A stretch of DNA of 64,000 nt, taken from NCBI GenBank assembly GCA_964035545.1, contig CAXIUT010000126.1, positions 186,001 through 250,000 on the forward strand, in the 5' to 3' direction. Below the pieces are notes generated by a model. The model was not told the origin of the DNA. It made no database searches and saw only the letters and a program-made list of their open reading frames with translations. The position numbers and the translations under genes were made by a program. Below are positions 9,101-24,100 of the stretch, one piece after another (position 1 is the stretch's first letter; every line of letters starts with the position of its first letter). The DNA comes from Bugula neritina (taxonomy: Eukaryota > Animalia > Bryozoa).

Positions 9101-12100
9101 TTCAGTATGTTGCAGTATTTTGCAATGTGTCGCAGTATGTTGCAGTATTTTTCAATGTGTTACAGTATATTTCAGTAGTTTACCATATATTTCGGTATGT
9201 TGCAGTATATTTCAATGTGTTGCAGTGTATATTAATATGTTACAGTGTATTTGAGCATGTTGTAGTATTTTACAGTGTATTTCAGTATGTTACAGTGTAT
9301 TTCAGTATGTTGCAGTATGTTTCAATATGTTACAGTGTATTTCAGTATTTTGCAGTATATTTCAGTGAGTTGCAGTGTATTTCAGTGTGCTACAGCATAT
9401 TTCAGTATGTTACAGTATATTGCAATGTGTCGCAGTGTATTTCAGTATGTTGCAGTATTTTTCAAGGTGTTACAGTATATTTCAGTAGTTTACCATATAT
9501 TTCGGTATGTTGCAGTATATTTCAATGTGTTGCAGTGTATATCAATATGTTACAGTGTATTTGAGCATGTTGTAGTATTTTGCAGTGTATTTCAGTGTGT
9601 TGCAGTGTATTTCAGTATTTTGCAGTATTTTTCAATGTGTTACAGTGTATTTCGGTATATTACCGTATATTTAGGTATGTCGCAGTATATTTCAGTATGT
9701 TGCCGTATGTTTCAGTGTGTTGCAGTATATTTCATTTAGTTGCAGTGTATTTCAATTTGTTCCAGTGTATGTCAGTATAATGCAGTATGTTGCAGTGTGT
9801 TTCAGTATGTTACAGTGTATTTCAGTATGTTGCAGTATCTTGCAGTACATTTCAGTATGTTTTAGTATGTAGCAGTGTATTTCAGTATGTTGCAGTATAT
9901 TTCAGTATGTTGCAGTATATTTCAGTGTGTTACTGTTTTTTCCAGTATGTTACAACACATTTCCGTATATTAAACTATATTTCAGCGAGATACAGTATAT
10001 TTCAATGTGTTGCAGTGTATATCAATATGTTACAGTGTATTTGAGCATGTTGTAGTATTTTGCAGTGTATTTTAATATGTTACAGTGTATTTCAGTATGT
10101 TGTAGTATTTTGCGGCGTATTTCAGTATGTTGCAGTATCTTGCAGTATATTTCAGCATGTTGCAGTTATTTTCAATGTGTTACAGTATGTTTCAGTATAT
10201 TACCGTATATTTAGGTATGTTGCAGTATATTTCAATGTGTTGCAGTGTATTTCAATATGTTCTAGTGTTTTGCAGTGTATTTCAGTTTGTTACAGTGTAT
10301 TTCAGTATGTTGCAGTATGTTGCAGTATGTTTCAATATGTTACAGTGTATTTCAGCATGTTGCAGTATATTTCAGTGAGTTGCAGTGTATTTCAGTGTGC
10401 TACAGCATATTTCAGTATGTTACAGTATATTGCAATGTGTCGCAGTGTATTTCAGTATGTTGCAGTATTTTTCTATGTGTTACAGTGTATTTCGGTATAT
10501 TACCGTATATTTAGGTATGTCGCAGTATATTTCAGTATGTTGCCGTATGTTTCAGTGTGTTGCAGTATATTTCATTTTGTTGCAGTGTATTTCAGTTTGT
10601 TCCAGTGTATGTCAGTTTAATGCAGTATGTTGCAGTGTGTTTTAGTATGTTACAGTGTATTTCAGTATGTTGCAGTATCTTGCAGTACATTTCAGTATGT
10701 TTTAGTATGTAGCAGTGTATTTCAGTATGTTGCAGTATATTTCAGTATGTTGCAGTATATTGCAATGTGTCGCAGTATATTTCAGTATGTTGCTGTATAT
10801 TTCAATGTGTTGCAGTATATTTCAGTATGTAGCAGTGTATTTCAGTATGTTGCAGTGTGTTGCAGTGTAATTCAGTATATTACATTGTATTTCAGTGTGT
10901 TGCAGTTCATTTCAGTATGTAGCAGGGTATTTCAGTATAGTGCAGTATATTTCAGTATGCTGCAGTATATTTCAGTGTGTTACTGTTTTTTCCAGTATGT
11001 TACAACACATTTCCGTATATTACACTCTATTTCAGCGAGTTACAGTATATTTCAATGTGTTGCAGTGTATTGCAATATGTTACAGCGTATTTCGGTATGT
11101 TGCAGTGTGTTGCAGTGTAATTCAGTATATTACATTGTATTTCAGTGTGTAGCAGTTCATTTCAATATGTAGCAGGGTATTTCAGTATAGTGCAGTGTAT
11201 TTCAGTATGCTACAGCATATTTCAGTTTGTTGCAGTATATTGCAATGTGTCGCAGTATATTTCAGTATGTTGCTGTATATTTCAATGTGTTGCAGTATAT
11301 TTCAGTATGTAGCAGTGTATTTCAGTATGTTGCAGTATATTTCAGTGAGTTGCAGTAAATTTCAGTGTGCTACAACATATTTCAGTGTGTTACAGTATAT
11401 TGCAATGTGTCGCAGTATATTTCAGTAGGTTGCAGTATTTTTCAATGTGTTACAGTATATTTCATTAGTTTACCATATATTTCGGTGTGTTGCAGTATAT
11501 TTCAATGTGTTGCAGTGTATTTCAATATGTTACAGTGTATGTCAGCATGTTGTAGTTTTTTGCAGAATATTTCAGTGTGTTGCAGTGTACTTCAGTATTT
11601 TGCAGTATTTTTCAATGTGTTACAGTATATTTCGGTATATTACCGTATATTTAGGTATGTTTCAGTATATTTCAATCGGTTGCAGTGTATGTCAATATGT
11701 TGTAGTATGTTGCAGTGTATTTCAGTATGTTACAGTGTATTTCAGTATGTTGCAGTATATTTCAGTATGTTACAGTGTATTTCAGTATGTTGCAGTATAT
11801 TTCAGTGTGTTACAGTGTATTTCAGTATGTTGTAGTATATTTCAGTGTGTCACAGTATATTTCAGTATGTTGCAGTATTTTTCAATGTGTTGCAGTGTGT
11901 TTCAATATGTTACAGCGTATTTCAGTATGTTGCAGTGTATTTCAGTATGTAGCAGGGTATTTCAGTATGTTGCAGTGCATTTCAGTGTGCTACAGCATAT
12001 TTCAGTATGTTGCAGTATATTGCAATGTGTCGCAGTATATTTCAGTATGTTGCTGTATATTTCAATGTGTTACAGTATATTTCAGTAGTTTACCATACAT

Positions 12101-15100
12101 TTCGGTACGTTGCAGTATATTTCAATGTGTTGCAGTGTATTTCAATATGTTACAGTGTATTTCAGTATGTTGTAGTATTTTGCCGCGTATTTCAGTAATT
12201 TGCAGTATCTTGCAGTGTATTTCAGTATGTTGCAGTATTTTTCAATGTGTTACCGTATATTTCAGTATATTACCATATATTTAGGTATGTTGCAGTATAT
12301 TTCAATGTGTTGCAGTGTCTTTCAATATGTTCTAGTAATTTGTGGTGTATTTCAGTATGTTACAGTGTATTTCAGTATGTTCCAGTATGTTTCAATATGT
12401 TACAGTGTATTTCAGTATTTTGCAGTATATTTCAGTGAGTTGCAGTGTATTTCAGTGTGCTACAGCATATTTCAGTATGTTGCAGTATATTGCAATGTGT
12501 CGCAGTATGTTGCAGTATTTTTCAATGTGTTACAGTATATTTCAGTAGTTTACCATATATTTCGGTATGTTGCAGTATATTTCAATGTGTTGCAGTGTAT
12601 ATCAATATGTTACAGTGTATTTGAGCATGTTGTAGTATTTTGCAGTGTATTTCAGTATGTTACAGTGTATTTCAGTATGTTGCAGTATGTTTCAATATGT
12701 TACAGTGTATTTCAGTATTTTGCAGTATATTTCAGTGAGTTGCAGTGTATTTCAGTGTGCTACAGCATATTTCAGTATGTTACAGTATATTGCAATGTGT
12801 CGCAGTGTATTTCAGTACGTTGCAGTATTTTTCAAGGTGTTACAGTATATTTCAGTAGTTTACCATATATTTCGGTATGTTGCAGTATATTTCAATGTGT
12901 TGCAGTGTATATCAATATGTTACAGTGTATTTGAGCATGTTGTAGTATTTTGCAGTGTATTTCAGTGTGTTGCAGTGTATATCAGTATTTTGCAGTGTTT
13001 TTCAATGTGTTACAGTGTATTTCGGTATATTACCGTATATTTAGGTATGTCGCAGTATATTTCAGTATGTTGCTGTATGTTTCAGTGTGTTGCAGTATAT
13101 TTCATTTAGTTGCAGTGTATTTCAATTTGTCCCAGTGTATGTCAGTATAATGCAGTATGTTGCAGTGTGTTTCAGTATGTTACAGTGTATTTCGGTATGT
13201 TGCAGTATCTTGCAGTACATTTCAGTATGTTTTAGTATATAGCAGTGTATTTCAGTATGTTGCAGTATATTTCAGTATGTTGCAGTATATTTCAGTGTGT
13301 TACTGTTTTTTCCAGTATGTTACAACACATTTCCGTATATTAAACTATATTTCAGCGAGTTACAGTATATTTCAATGTGTTGCAGTGTATTGCAATATGT
13401 TACAGCGTATTTCGGTATGTTGCAGTGTGTTGCAGTGTAATTCAGTATATTACATTGTATTTCAGTGTGTTGCAGTTCATTTCAATATGTGGCAGGGTAT
13501 TTCAGTATAGTGCAGTGTATTTCAGTATGCTACAGCATGTTTCAGTATGTTGCAGTATATTTCAGTGTGTTACAGTGTATTTCAGTATGTTGTAGTATAT
13601 TTCAGTGTGTTACAGTATATTTCAGTATGTTGCAGTATTTTTCAATGTGTTGCAGTGTATTTCAATATGTTACAGCGTATTTCAGTATGTTGCAGTGTAT
13701 TTCAGTATGTAGCAGGGTATTTCAGTATGTTGCAGTGCATTTCAGTATGCTACAGCATATTTCAGTATGTTGCAGTATATTGCAATGTGTCGCAGTATAT
13801 TTCAGTATGTTGCTGTATATTTCAATGTGTTACAGTATATTTCAGTAGTTTACCATACATTTCGGTACGTTGCAGTATATTTCAATGTGTTGCAGTGTAT
13901 TTCAATATGTTACAGTGTATTTCAGTATGTTGTAGTATTTTGCCGCGTATTTCAGTATGTTGCAGTATCTTGCAGTGTATTTCAGTATGTTGCAGTATTT
14001 TTCAATGTGTTATCGTATATTTCAGTATATTACCATATATTTAGGTATGTTGCAGTATATTTCAATGTGGTGCAGTGTATTTCAATATGTTCTAGTAATT
14101 TGTGGTGTTTTTCAGTATGTTACAGTGTATTTCAGTATGTTGCAGTATGTTTCAATATGTTACAGTGTATTTCAGTATTTTGCAGTATATTTCAGTGAGT
14201 TGCAGTGTATTTCAGTGTGCTACAGCATATTTCAGTATGTTGCAGTATTTTGCAATGTGTCGCAGTATGTTGCAGTATTTTTCAATGTGTTACAGTATAT
14301 TTCAGTAGTTTACCATATATTTCGGTATGTTGCAGTATATTTCAATGTGTTGCAGTGTATATTAATATGTTACAGTGTATTTGAGCATGTTGTAGTATTT
14401 TGCAGTGTATTTCAGTATGTTACAGTGTATTTCAGTATGTTGCAGTATGTTTCAATATGTTACAGTGTATTTCAGTATTTTGCAGTATATTTCAGTGAGT
14501 TGCAGTGTATTTCAGTGTGCTACAGCATATTTCAGTATGTTACAGTATATTGCAATGTGTCGCAGTGTATTTCAGTATGTTGCAGTATTTTTCAAGGTGT
14601 TACAGTATATTTCAGTAGTTTACCATATATTTCGGTATGTTGCAGTATATTTCAATGTGTTGCAGTGTATATCAATATGTTACAGTGTATTTGAGCATGT
14701 TGTAGTATTTTGCAGTGTATTTCAGTGTGTTGCAGTGTATTTCAGTATTTTGCAGTATTTTTCAATGTGTTACAGTGTATTTCGGTATATTACCGTATAT
14801 TTAGGTATGTCGCAGTATATTTCAGTATGTTGCCGTATGTTTCAGTGTGTTGCAGTATATTTCATTTAGTTGCAGTGTATTTCAATTTGTTCCAGTGTAT
14901 GTCAGTATAATGCAGTATGTTGCAGTGTGTTTCAGTATGTTACAGTGTATTTCAGTATGTTGCAGTATCTTGCAGTACATTTCAGTATGTTTTAGTATGT
15001 AGCAGTGTATTTCAGTATGTTGCAGTATATTTCAGTATGTTGCAGTATATTTCAGTGTGTTACTGTTTTTTCCAGTATGTTACAACACATTTCCGTATAT

Positions 15101-18100
15101 TAAACTATATTTCAGCGAGATACAGTATATTTCAATGTGTTGCAGTGTATATCAATATGTTACAGTGTATTTGAGCATGTTGTAGTATTTTGCAGTGTAT
15201 TTTAATATGTTACAGTGTATTTCAGTATGTTGTAGTATTTTGCGGCGTATTTCAGTATGTTGCAGTATCTTGCAGTATATTTCAGCATGTTGCAGTTATT
15301 TTCAATGTGTTACAGTATGTTTCAGTATATTACCGTATATTTAGGTATGTTGCAGTATATTTCAATGTGTTGCAGTGTATTTCAATATGTTCTAGTGTTT
15401 TGCAGTGTATTTCAGTTTGTTACAGTGTATTTCAGTATGTTGCAGTATGTTGCAGTATGTTTCAATATGTTACAGTGTATTTCAGCATGTTGCAGTATAT
15501 TTCAGTGAGTTGCAGTGTATTTCAGTGTGCTACAGCATATTTCAGTATGTTACAGTATATTGCAATGTGTCGCAGTGTATTTCAGTATGTTGCAGTATTT
15601 TTCTATGTGTTACAGTGTATTTCGGTATATTACCGTATATTTAGGTATGTCGCAGTATATTTCAGTATGTTGCCGTATGTTTCAGTGTGTTGCAGTATAT
15701 TTCATTTTGTTGCAGTGTATTTCAGTTTGTTCCAGTGTATGTCAGTTTAATGCAGTATGTTGCAGTGTGTTTTAGTATGTTACAGTGTATTTCAGTATGT
15801 TGCAGTATCTTGCAGTACATTTCAGTATGTTTTAGTATGTAGCAGTGTATTTCAGTATGTTGCAGTATATTTCAGTATGTTGCAGTATATTGCAATGTGT
15901 CGCAGTATATTTCAGTATGTTGCTGTATATTTCAATGTGTTGCAGTATATTTCAGTATGTAGCAGTGTATTTCAGTATGTTGCAGTGTGTTGCAGTGTAA
16001 TTCAGTATATTACATTGTATTTCAGTGTGTTGCAGTTCATTTCAGTATGTAGCAGGGTATTTCAGTATAGTGCAGTATATTTCAGTATGCTGCAGTATAT
16101 TTCAGTGTGTTACTGTTTTTTCCAGTATGTTACAACACATTTCCGTATATTACACTCTATTTCAGCGAGTTACAGTATATTTCAATGTGTTGCAGTGTAT
16201 TGCAATATGTTACAGCGTATTTCGGTATGTTGCAGTGTGTTGCAGTGTAATTCAGTATATTACATTGTATTTCAGTGTGTAGCAGTTCATTTCAATATGT
16301 AGCAGGGTATTTCAGTATAGTGCAGTGTATTTCAGTATGCTACAGCATATTTCAGTTTGTTGCAGTATATTGCAATGTGTCGCAGTATATTTCAGTATGT
16401 TGCTGTATATTTCAATGTGTTGCAGTATATTTCAGTATGTAGCAGTGTATTTCAGTATGTTGCAGTATATTTCAGTGAGTTGCAGTAAATTTCAGTGTGC
16501 TACAACATATTTCAGTGTGTTACAGTATATTGCAATGTGTCGCAGTATATTTCAGTAGGTTGCAGTATTTTTCAATGTGTTACAGTATATTTCATTAGTT
16601 TACCATATATTTCGGTGTGTTGCAGTATATTTCAATGTGTTGCAGTGTATTTCAATATGTTACAGTGTATGTCAGCATGTTGTAGTTTTTTGCAGAATAT
16701 TTCAGTGTGTTGCAGTGTACTTCAGTATTTTGCAGTATTTTTCAATGTGTTACAGTATATTTCGGTATATTACCGTATATTTAGGTATGTTTCAGTATAT
16801 TTCAATCGGTTGCAGTGTATGTCAATATGTTGTAGTATGTTGCAGTGTATTTCAGTATGTTACAGTGTATTTCAGTATGTTGCAGTATATTTCAGTATGT
16901 TACAGTGTATTTCAGTATGTTGCAGTATATTTCAGTGTGTTACAGTGTATTTCAGTATGTTGTAGTATATTTCAGTGTGTCACAGTATATTTCAGTATGT
17001 TGCAGTATTTTTCAATGTGTTGCAGTGTGTTTCAATATGTTACAGCGTATTTCAGTATGTTGCAGTGTATTTCAGTATGTAGCAGGGTATTTCAGTATGT
17101 TGCAGTGCATTTCAGTGTGCTACAGCATATTTCAGTATGTTGCAGTATATTGCAATGTGTCGCAGTATATTTCAGTATGTTGCTGTATATTTCAATGTGT
17201 TACAGTATATTTCAGTAGTTTACCATACATTTCGGTACGTTGCAGTATATTTCAATGTGTTGCAGTGTATTTCAATATGTTACAGTGTATTTCAGTATGT
17301 TGTAGTATTTTGCCGCGTATTTCAGTAATTTGCAGTATCTTGCAGTGTATTTCAGTATGTTGCAGTATTTTTCAATGTGTTACCGTATATTTCAGTATAT
17401 TACCATATATTTAGGTATGTTGCAGTATATTTCAATGTGTTGCAGTGTATTTCAATATGTTCTACTAATTTGTGGTGTATTTCAGTATGTTACAGTGTAT
17501 TTCAGTATGTTCCAGTATGTTTCAATATGTTACAGTGTATTTCAGTATTTTGCAGTATATTTCAGTGAGTTGCAGTGTATTTCAGTGTGCTACAGCATAT
17601 TTCAGTATGTTGCAGTATATTGCAATGTGTCGCAGTATGTTGCAGTATTTTTCAATGTGTTACAGTATATTTCAGTAGTTTACCATATATTTCGGTATGT
17701 TGCAGTATATTTCAATGTGTTGCAGTGTATATCAATATGTTACAGTGTATTTGAGCATGTTGTAGTATTTTGCAGTGTATTTCAGTATGTTACAGTGTAT
17801 TTCAGTATGTTGCAGTATGTTTCAATATGTTACAGTGTATTTCAGTATTTTGCAGTATATTTCAGTGAGTTGCAGTGTATTTCAGTGTGCTACAGCATAT
17901 TTCAGTATGTTACAGTATATTGCAATGTGTCGCAGTGTATTTCAGTATGTTGCAGTATTTTTCAAGGTGTTACAGTATATTTCAGTAGTTTACCATATAT
18001 TTCGGTATGTTGCAGTATATTTCAATGTGTTGCAGTGTATATCAATATTTTACAGTGTATTTGAGCATGTTGTAGTATTTTGCAGTGTATTTCAGTGTGT

Positions 18101-21100
18101 TGCAGTGTATTTCAGTATTTTGCAGTATTTTTCAATGTGTTACAGTGTATTTCGGTATATTACCGTATATTTAAGTATGTCGCAGTATATTTCAGTATGT
18201 TGCCGTATGTTTCAGTGTGTTGCAGTATATTTCATTTAGTTGCAGTGTATTTCAATTTGTTCCAGTGTATGTCAGTATAATGCAGTATGTTGCAGTGTGT
18301 TTCAGTATGTTACAGTGTATTTCAGTATGTTGCAGTATCTTGCAGTACATTTCAGTATGTTTTAGTATGTAGCAGTGTATTTCAGTATGTTGCAGTATAT
18401 TTCAGTATGTTGCAGTATATTTCAGTGTGTTACTGTTTTTTCCAGTATGTTACAACACATTTCCGTATATTAAACTATATTTCAGCGAGTTACAGTATAT
18501 TTCAATGTGTTGCAGTGTATTGCAATATGTTACAGCGTATTTCGGTATGTTGCAGTGTGTTGCAGTGTAATTCAGTATATTACATTGTATTTCAGTGTGT
18601 TGCAGTTCATTTCAATATGTAGCAGGGTATTTCAGTATAGTGCAGTGTATTTCAGTATGCTACAGCATATTTCAGTATGTTGCAGTATATTGCAATGTGT
18701 CGCAGTATATTTCAGTATGTTGCAGTACGTTGCAGTATGTTTCAATATGTTACGGTGTATTTCAGCATGTTGCAGTATATTTCAGTGAGTTGCAGTGTAT
18801 TTCAGTGTGCTACAGCATATTTCAGTATGTTACAGTATATTGCAATGTGTCGCAGTATATTTCAGTATGTTGCAGTATTTTTCAATGTGTTACAGTATAT
18901 TTCATTAGTTTACCATATATTTCGGTGTGTTGCAGTATATTTCAATGTGTTGCAGTGTATTTCAATATGTTACAGTGTATTTCAGCATGTTGTAGTTTTT
19001 TGCAGAATATTTCAGTGTGTTGCAGTGTACTTTAGTATTTTGCAGTATTTTTCAATGTGTTACAGTATATTTCGGTATATTACCGTATATTTAGGTATGC
19101 TTCAGTATATTTCAATCTGTTGCAGTGTATTTCAATATGTTGTAGTATGTTGCAGTGTATTTCAGTATGTTACAGTGTATTTCAGTATGTTGCAGTATAT
19201 TTCAGTATGTTACAGTGTATTTCAGTATGTTGCAGTATATTTCAGTGTGTTACAGTGTATTTCAGTATGTTGTAGTATATTTCAGTGTGTTACAGTATGT
19301 TTCAGTATGTTGCAGTATTTTTCAATGTGTTGCAGTGTATTTCAATATGTTACAGCGTATTTCAGTATGTTGCAGTGTATTTCAGTATGTAGCAGGGTAT
19401 TTCAGTATGTTGCAGTGCATTTCAGTATGCTACAGCATATTTCAGTATGTTGCAGTATATTGCAATGTGTCTCAGTATATTTCAGTATGTTGCTGTATAT
19501 TTCAATGTGTTACAGTATATTTCAGTAGTTTACCATACATTTCGGTACGTTGCAGTATATTTCAATGTGTTGCAGTGTATTTCAATATGTTACAGTGTAT
19601 TTCAGTATGTTGTAGTATTTTGCCGCGTATTTCAGTATGTTGCAGTATCTTGCAGTGTATTTCAGTATGTTGCAGTATTTTTCAATGTGTTACCGTTTAT
19701 TTCAGTATATTACCATATATTTAGGTATGTTGCAGTATATTTCAATGTGTTGCAGTGTATTTCAATATGTTCTAGTAATTTGTGGTGTATTTCAGTATGT
19801 TACAGTGTATTTCATTATGTTGCAGTATGTTTCAATATGTTACAGTGTATTTCAGTATTTTGCAGTATATTTCAGTGAGTTGCAGTGTATTTCAGTGTGC
19901 TACAGCATATTTCAGTATGTTGCAGTATATTGCAATGTGTCGCAGTATGTTGCAGTATTTTTCAATGTGTTACCGTATATTTCAGTATATTACCATATAT
20001 TTAGGTATGTTGCAGTATATTTCAATGTGTTGCAGTGTATTTCAATATGTTCTAGTAATTTGTGGTGTATTTCAGTATGTTACAGTGTATTTCAGTATGT
20101 TGCAGTATGTTTCAATATGTTACAGTGTATTTCAGTATTTTGCAGTATATTTCAGTGAGTTGCAGTGTATTTCAGTGTGCTACAGCATATTTCAGTATGT
20201 TGCAAAATATTGCAATGTGTCGCAGTATGTTGCAGTATTTTTCAATGTGTTACCGTATATTTCAGTATATTACCATATATTTAGGTATGTTGCAGTATAT
20301 TTCAATGTGTTGCAGTGTATTTCAATATGTTACAGTGTATTTGAGCATGTTGTAGTATTTTGCAGTGTATTTCAGTATGTTACAGTGTATTTCAGTATGT
20401 TGCAGTATGTTTCAATATGTTACAGTGTATTTCAGTATTTTGCAGTATATTTCAGTGAGTTGCAGTGTATTTCAGTGTGCTACAGCATACTTCAGTATGT
20501 TACAGTATATTGCAATGTGTCGCAGTGTATTTCAGTATGTTGCAGTATTTTTCAAGGTGTTACAGTATATTTCAGTAGTTTACCATATATTTCGGTATGT
20601 TGCAGTATATTTCAATGTGTTGCAGTGTATATCAATATGTTACAGTGTATTTGAGCATGTTGTAGTATTTTGCAGTGTATTTCAGTGTGTTGCAGTGTAT
20701 TTCAGTATTTTGCAGTATTTTTCAATGTGTTACAGTGTATTTCGGTATATTACCGTATATTTAGGTATGTCGCAGTATATTTCAGTATGTTGCCGTATGT
20801 TTCAGTGTGTTGCAGTATATTTCATTTAGTTGCAGTGTATTTCAATTTGTTCCAGTGTATGTCAGTATAATGAAGTATGTTGCAGTGTGTTTCAGTATGT
20901 TACAGTGTATTTCAGTATGTTGCAGTATCTTGCAGTACATTTCAGTATGTTTTAGTATGTAGCAGTGTATTTCAGTATGTTGCAGTATATTTCAGTATGT
21001 TGCAGTATATTTCAGTGTGTTACTGTTTTTTCCAGTATGTTACAACACATTTCCGTATATTAAACTATATTTCAGCGAGTTACAGTATATTTCAATGTGT

Positions 21101-24100
21101 TGCAGTGTATATCAATATGTTACAGTGTATTTGAGCATGTTGTAGTGTTTTGCGGCGTATTTCAGTATGTTGCAGTATCTTGCAGTATATTTCAGCATGT
21201 TGCAGTTATTTTCAATGTGTTACAGTATGTTTCAGTATATTACCGTATATTTAGGTATGTTGCAGCATATTTCAATGTGTTGCAGTGTATTTCAATATGT
21301 TCTAGTGTTTTGCAGTGTATTTCAGTTTGTTACAGTGTATTTCAGTATGTTGCAGTATGTTGCAGTATGTTTCAATATGTTACAGTGTATTTCAGCATGT
21401 TGCAGTATATTTCAGTGAGTTGCAGTGTATTTCAGTGTGCTACAGCATATTTCAGTATGTTACAGTATATTGCAATGTGTCGCAGTATATTTCAGTATGT
21501 TGCAGTATTTTTCAATGTGTTACAGTATATTTCATTAGTTTACCATATATTTCGGTGTGTTGCAGTATATTTCAATGTGTTGCAGTGTATTTCAATATGT
21601 TACAGTGTATTTCAGCATGTTGTAGTTTTTTGCAGAATATTTCAGTGTGTTGCAGTGTACTTTAGTATTTTGCAGTATTTTTCAATGTGTTACAGTATAT
21701 TTCGGTATATTACCGTATATTTAGGTATGCTTCAGTATATTTCAATCTGTTGCAGTGTATTTCAATATGTTGTAGTATGTTGCAGTGTATTTCAGTATGT
21801 TACAGTGTATTTCAGTATGTTGCAGTATATTTCAGTATGTTACAGTGTATTTCAGTATGTTGCAGTATATTTCAGTGTGTTACAGTGTATTTCAGTATGT
21901 TGTAGTATATTTCAGTGTGTTACAGTATGTTTCAGTATGTTGCAGTATTTTTCAATGTGTTGCAGTGTATTTCAATATGTTACAGCGTATTTCAGTATGT
22001 TGCAGTGTATTTCAGTATGTAGCAGGGTATTTCAGTATGTTGCAGTGCATTTCAGTATGCTACAGCATATTTCAGTATGTTGCAGTATATTGCAATGTGT
22101 CTCAGTATATTTCAGTATGTTGCTGTATATTTCAATGTGTTACAGTATATTTCAGTAGTTTACCATACATTTCGGTACGTTGCAGTATATTTCAATGTGT
22201 TGCAGTGTATTTCAATATGTTACAGTGTATTTCAGTATGTTGTAGTATTTTGCCGCGTATTTCAGTATGTTGCAGTATCTTGCAGTGTATTTCAGTATGT
22301 TGCAGTATTTTTCAATGTGTTACCGTATATTTCAGTATATTACCATATATTTAGGTATGTTGCAGTATATTTCAATGTGTTGCAGTGTATTTCAATATGT
22401 TCTAGTAATTTGTGGTGTATTTCAGTATGTTACAGTGTATTTCAGTATGTTGCAGTATGTTTCAATATGTTACAGTGTATTTCAGTATTTTGCAGTATAT
22501 TTCAGTGAGTTGCAGTGTATTTCAGTGTGCTACAGCATATTTCAGTATGTTGCAGTATATTGCAATGTGTCGCAGTATGTTGCAGTATTTTTCAATGTGT
22601 TACCGTATATTTCAGTATATTACCATATATTTAGGTATGTTGCAGTATATTTCAATGTGTTGCAGTGTATTTCAATATGTTCTAGTAATTTGTGGTGTAT
22701 TTCAGTATGTTACAGTGTATTTCAGTATGTTGCAGTATGTTTCAATATGTTACAGTGTATTTCAGTATTTTGCAGTAGATTTCAGTGAGTTGCAGTGTAT
22801 TTCAGTGTGCTACAGCATATTTCAGTATGTTGCAAAATATTGCTATCTGTCGCAGTATGTTGCAGTATTTTTCAATGTGTTACCGTATATTTCAGTATAT
22901 TACCATATATTTAGGTATGTTGCAGTATATTTCAATGTGTTGCAGTGTATTTCAATATGTTACAGTGTATTTGAGCATGTTGTAGTATTTTGCAGTGTAT
23001 TTCAGTATGTTACAGTGTATTTCAGTATGTTGCAGTATGTTTCAATATGTTACAGTGTATTTCAGTATTTTGCAGTATATTTCAGTGAGTTGCAGTGTAT
23101 TTCAGTGTGCTACAGCATATTTCAGTATGTTACAGTATATTGCAATGTGTCGCAGTGTATTTCAGTATGTTGCAGTATTTTTCAAGGTGTTACAGTATAT
23201 TTCAGTAGTTTACCATATATTTCGGTATGTTGCAGTATATTTCAATGTGTTGCAGTGTATATCAATATGTTACAGTGTATTTGAGCATGTTGTAGTATTT
23301 TGCAGTGTATTTCAGTGTGTTGCAGTGTATTTCAGTATTTTGCAGTATTTTTCAATGTGTTACAGTGTATTTCAATTTGTTCCAGTGTATGTCAGTATAA
23401 TGCAGTATGTTGCAGTGTGTTTCAGTATGTTACAGTGTATTTCAGTATGTTGCAGTATCTTGCAGTACATTTCAGTATGTTTTAGTATGTAGCAGTGTAT
23501 TTCAGTATGTTGCAGTATATTTCAGTATGTTGCAGTATATTTCAGTGTGTTACTGTTTTTTCCAGTATGTTACAACACATTTCCGTATATTAAACTATAT
23601 TTCAGCGAGTTACCGTATATTTCAATGTGTTGCAGTGTATATCAATATGTTACAGTGTATTTGAGCATGTTGTAGTATTTTGCAGTGTATTTCAGTATTT
23701 TGCAGTATTTTTCAATGTGTTACAGTGTATTTCGGTATATTACCGTATATTTAGGTATGTCGCAGTATATTTCAGTATGTTGCTGTATGTTTCAGTGTGT
23801 TGCAGTATATTTCATTGAGTTGCAGTGTATTTCAATTTGTTCCAGTGTATGTCAGTATAATGCAGTATGTTGCAGTGTGTTTCAGTATGTTACAGTGTAT
23901 TTCAGTATGTTGCAGTATCTTGCAGTACATTTCAGTATGTTTTAGTATGTAGCAGTGTATTTCAGTATGTAGCAGTATATTTCAGTATGTTGCAGTATAT
24001 TTCAGTGTGTTACTGTTTTTTCCAGTATGTTACAACACATTTCCGTATATTAAACTATATTTCAGCGAGTTACAGTATATTTCAATGTGTTGCAGTGTAT

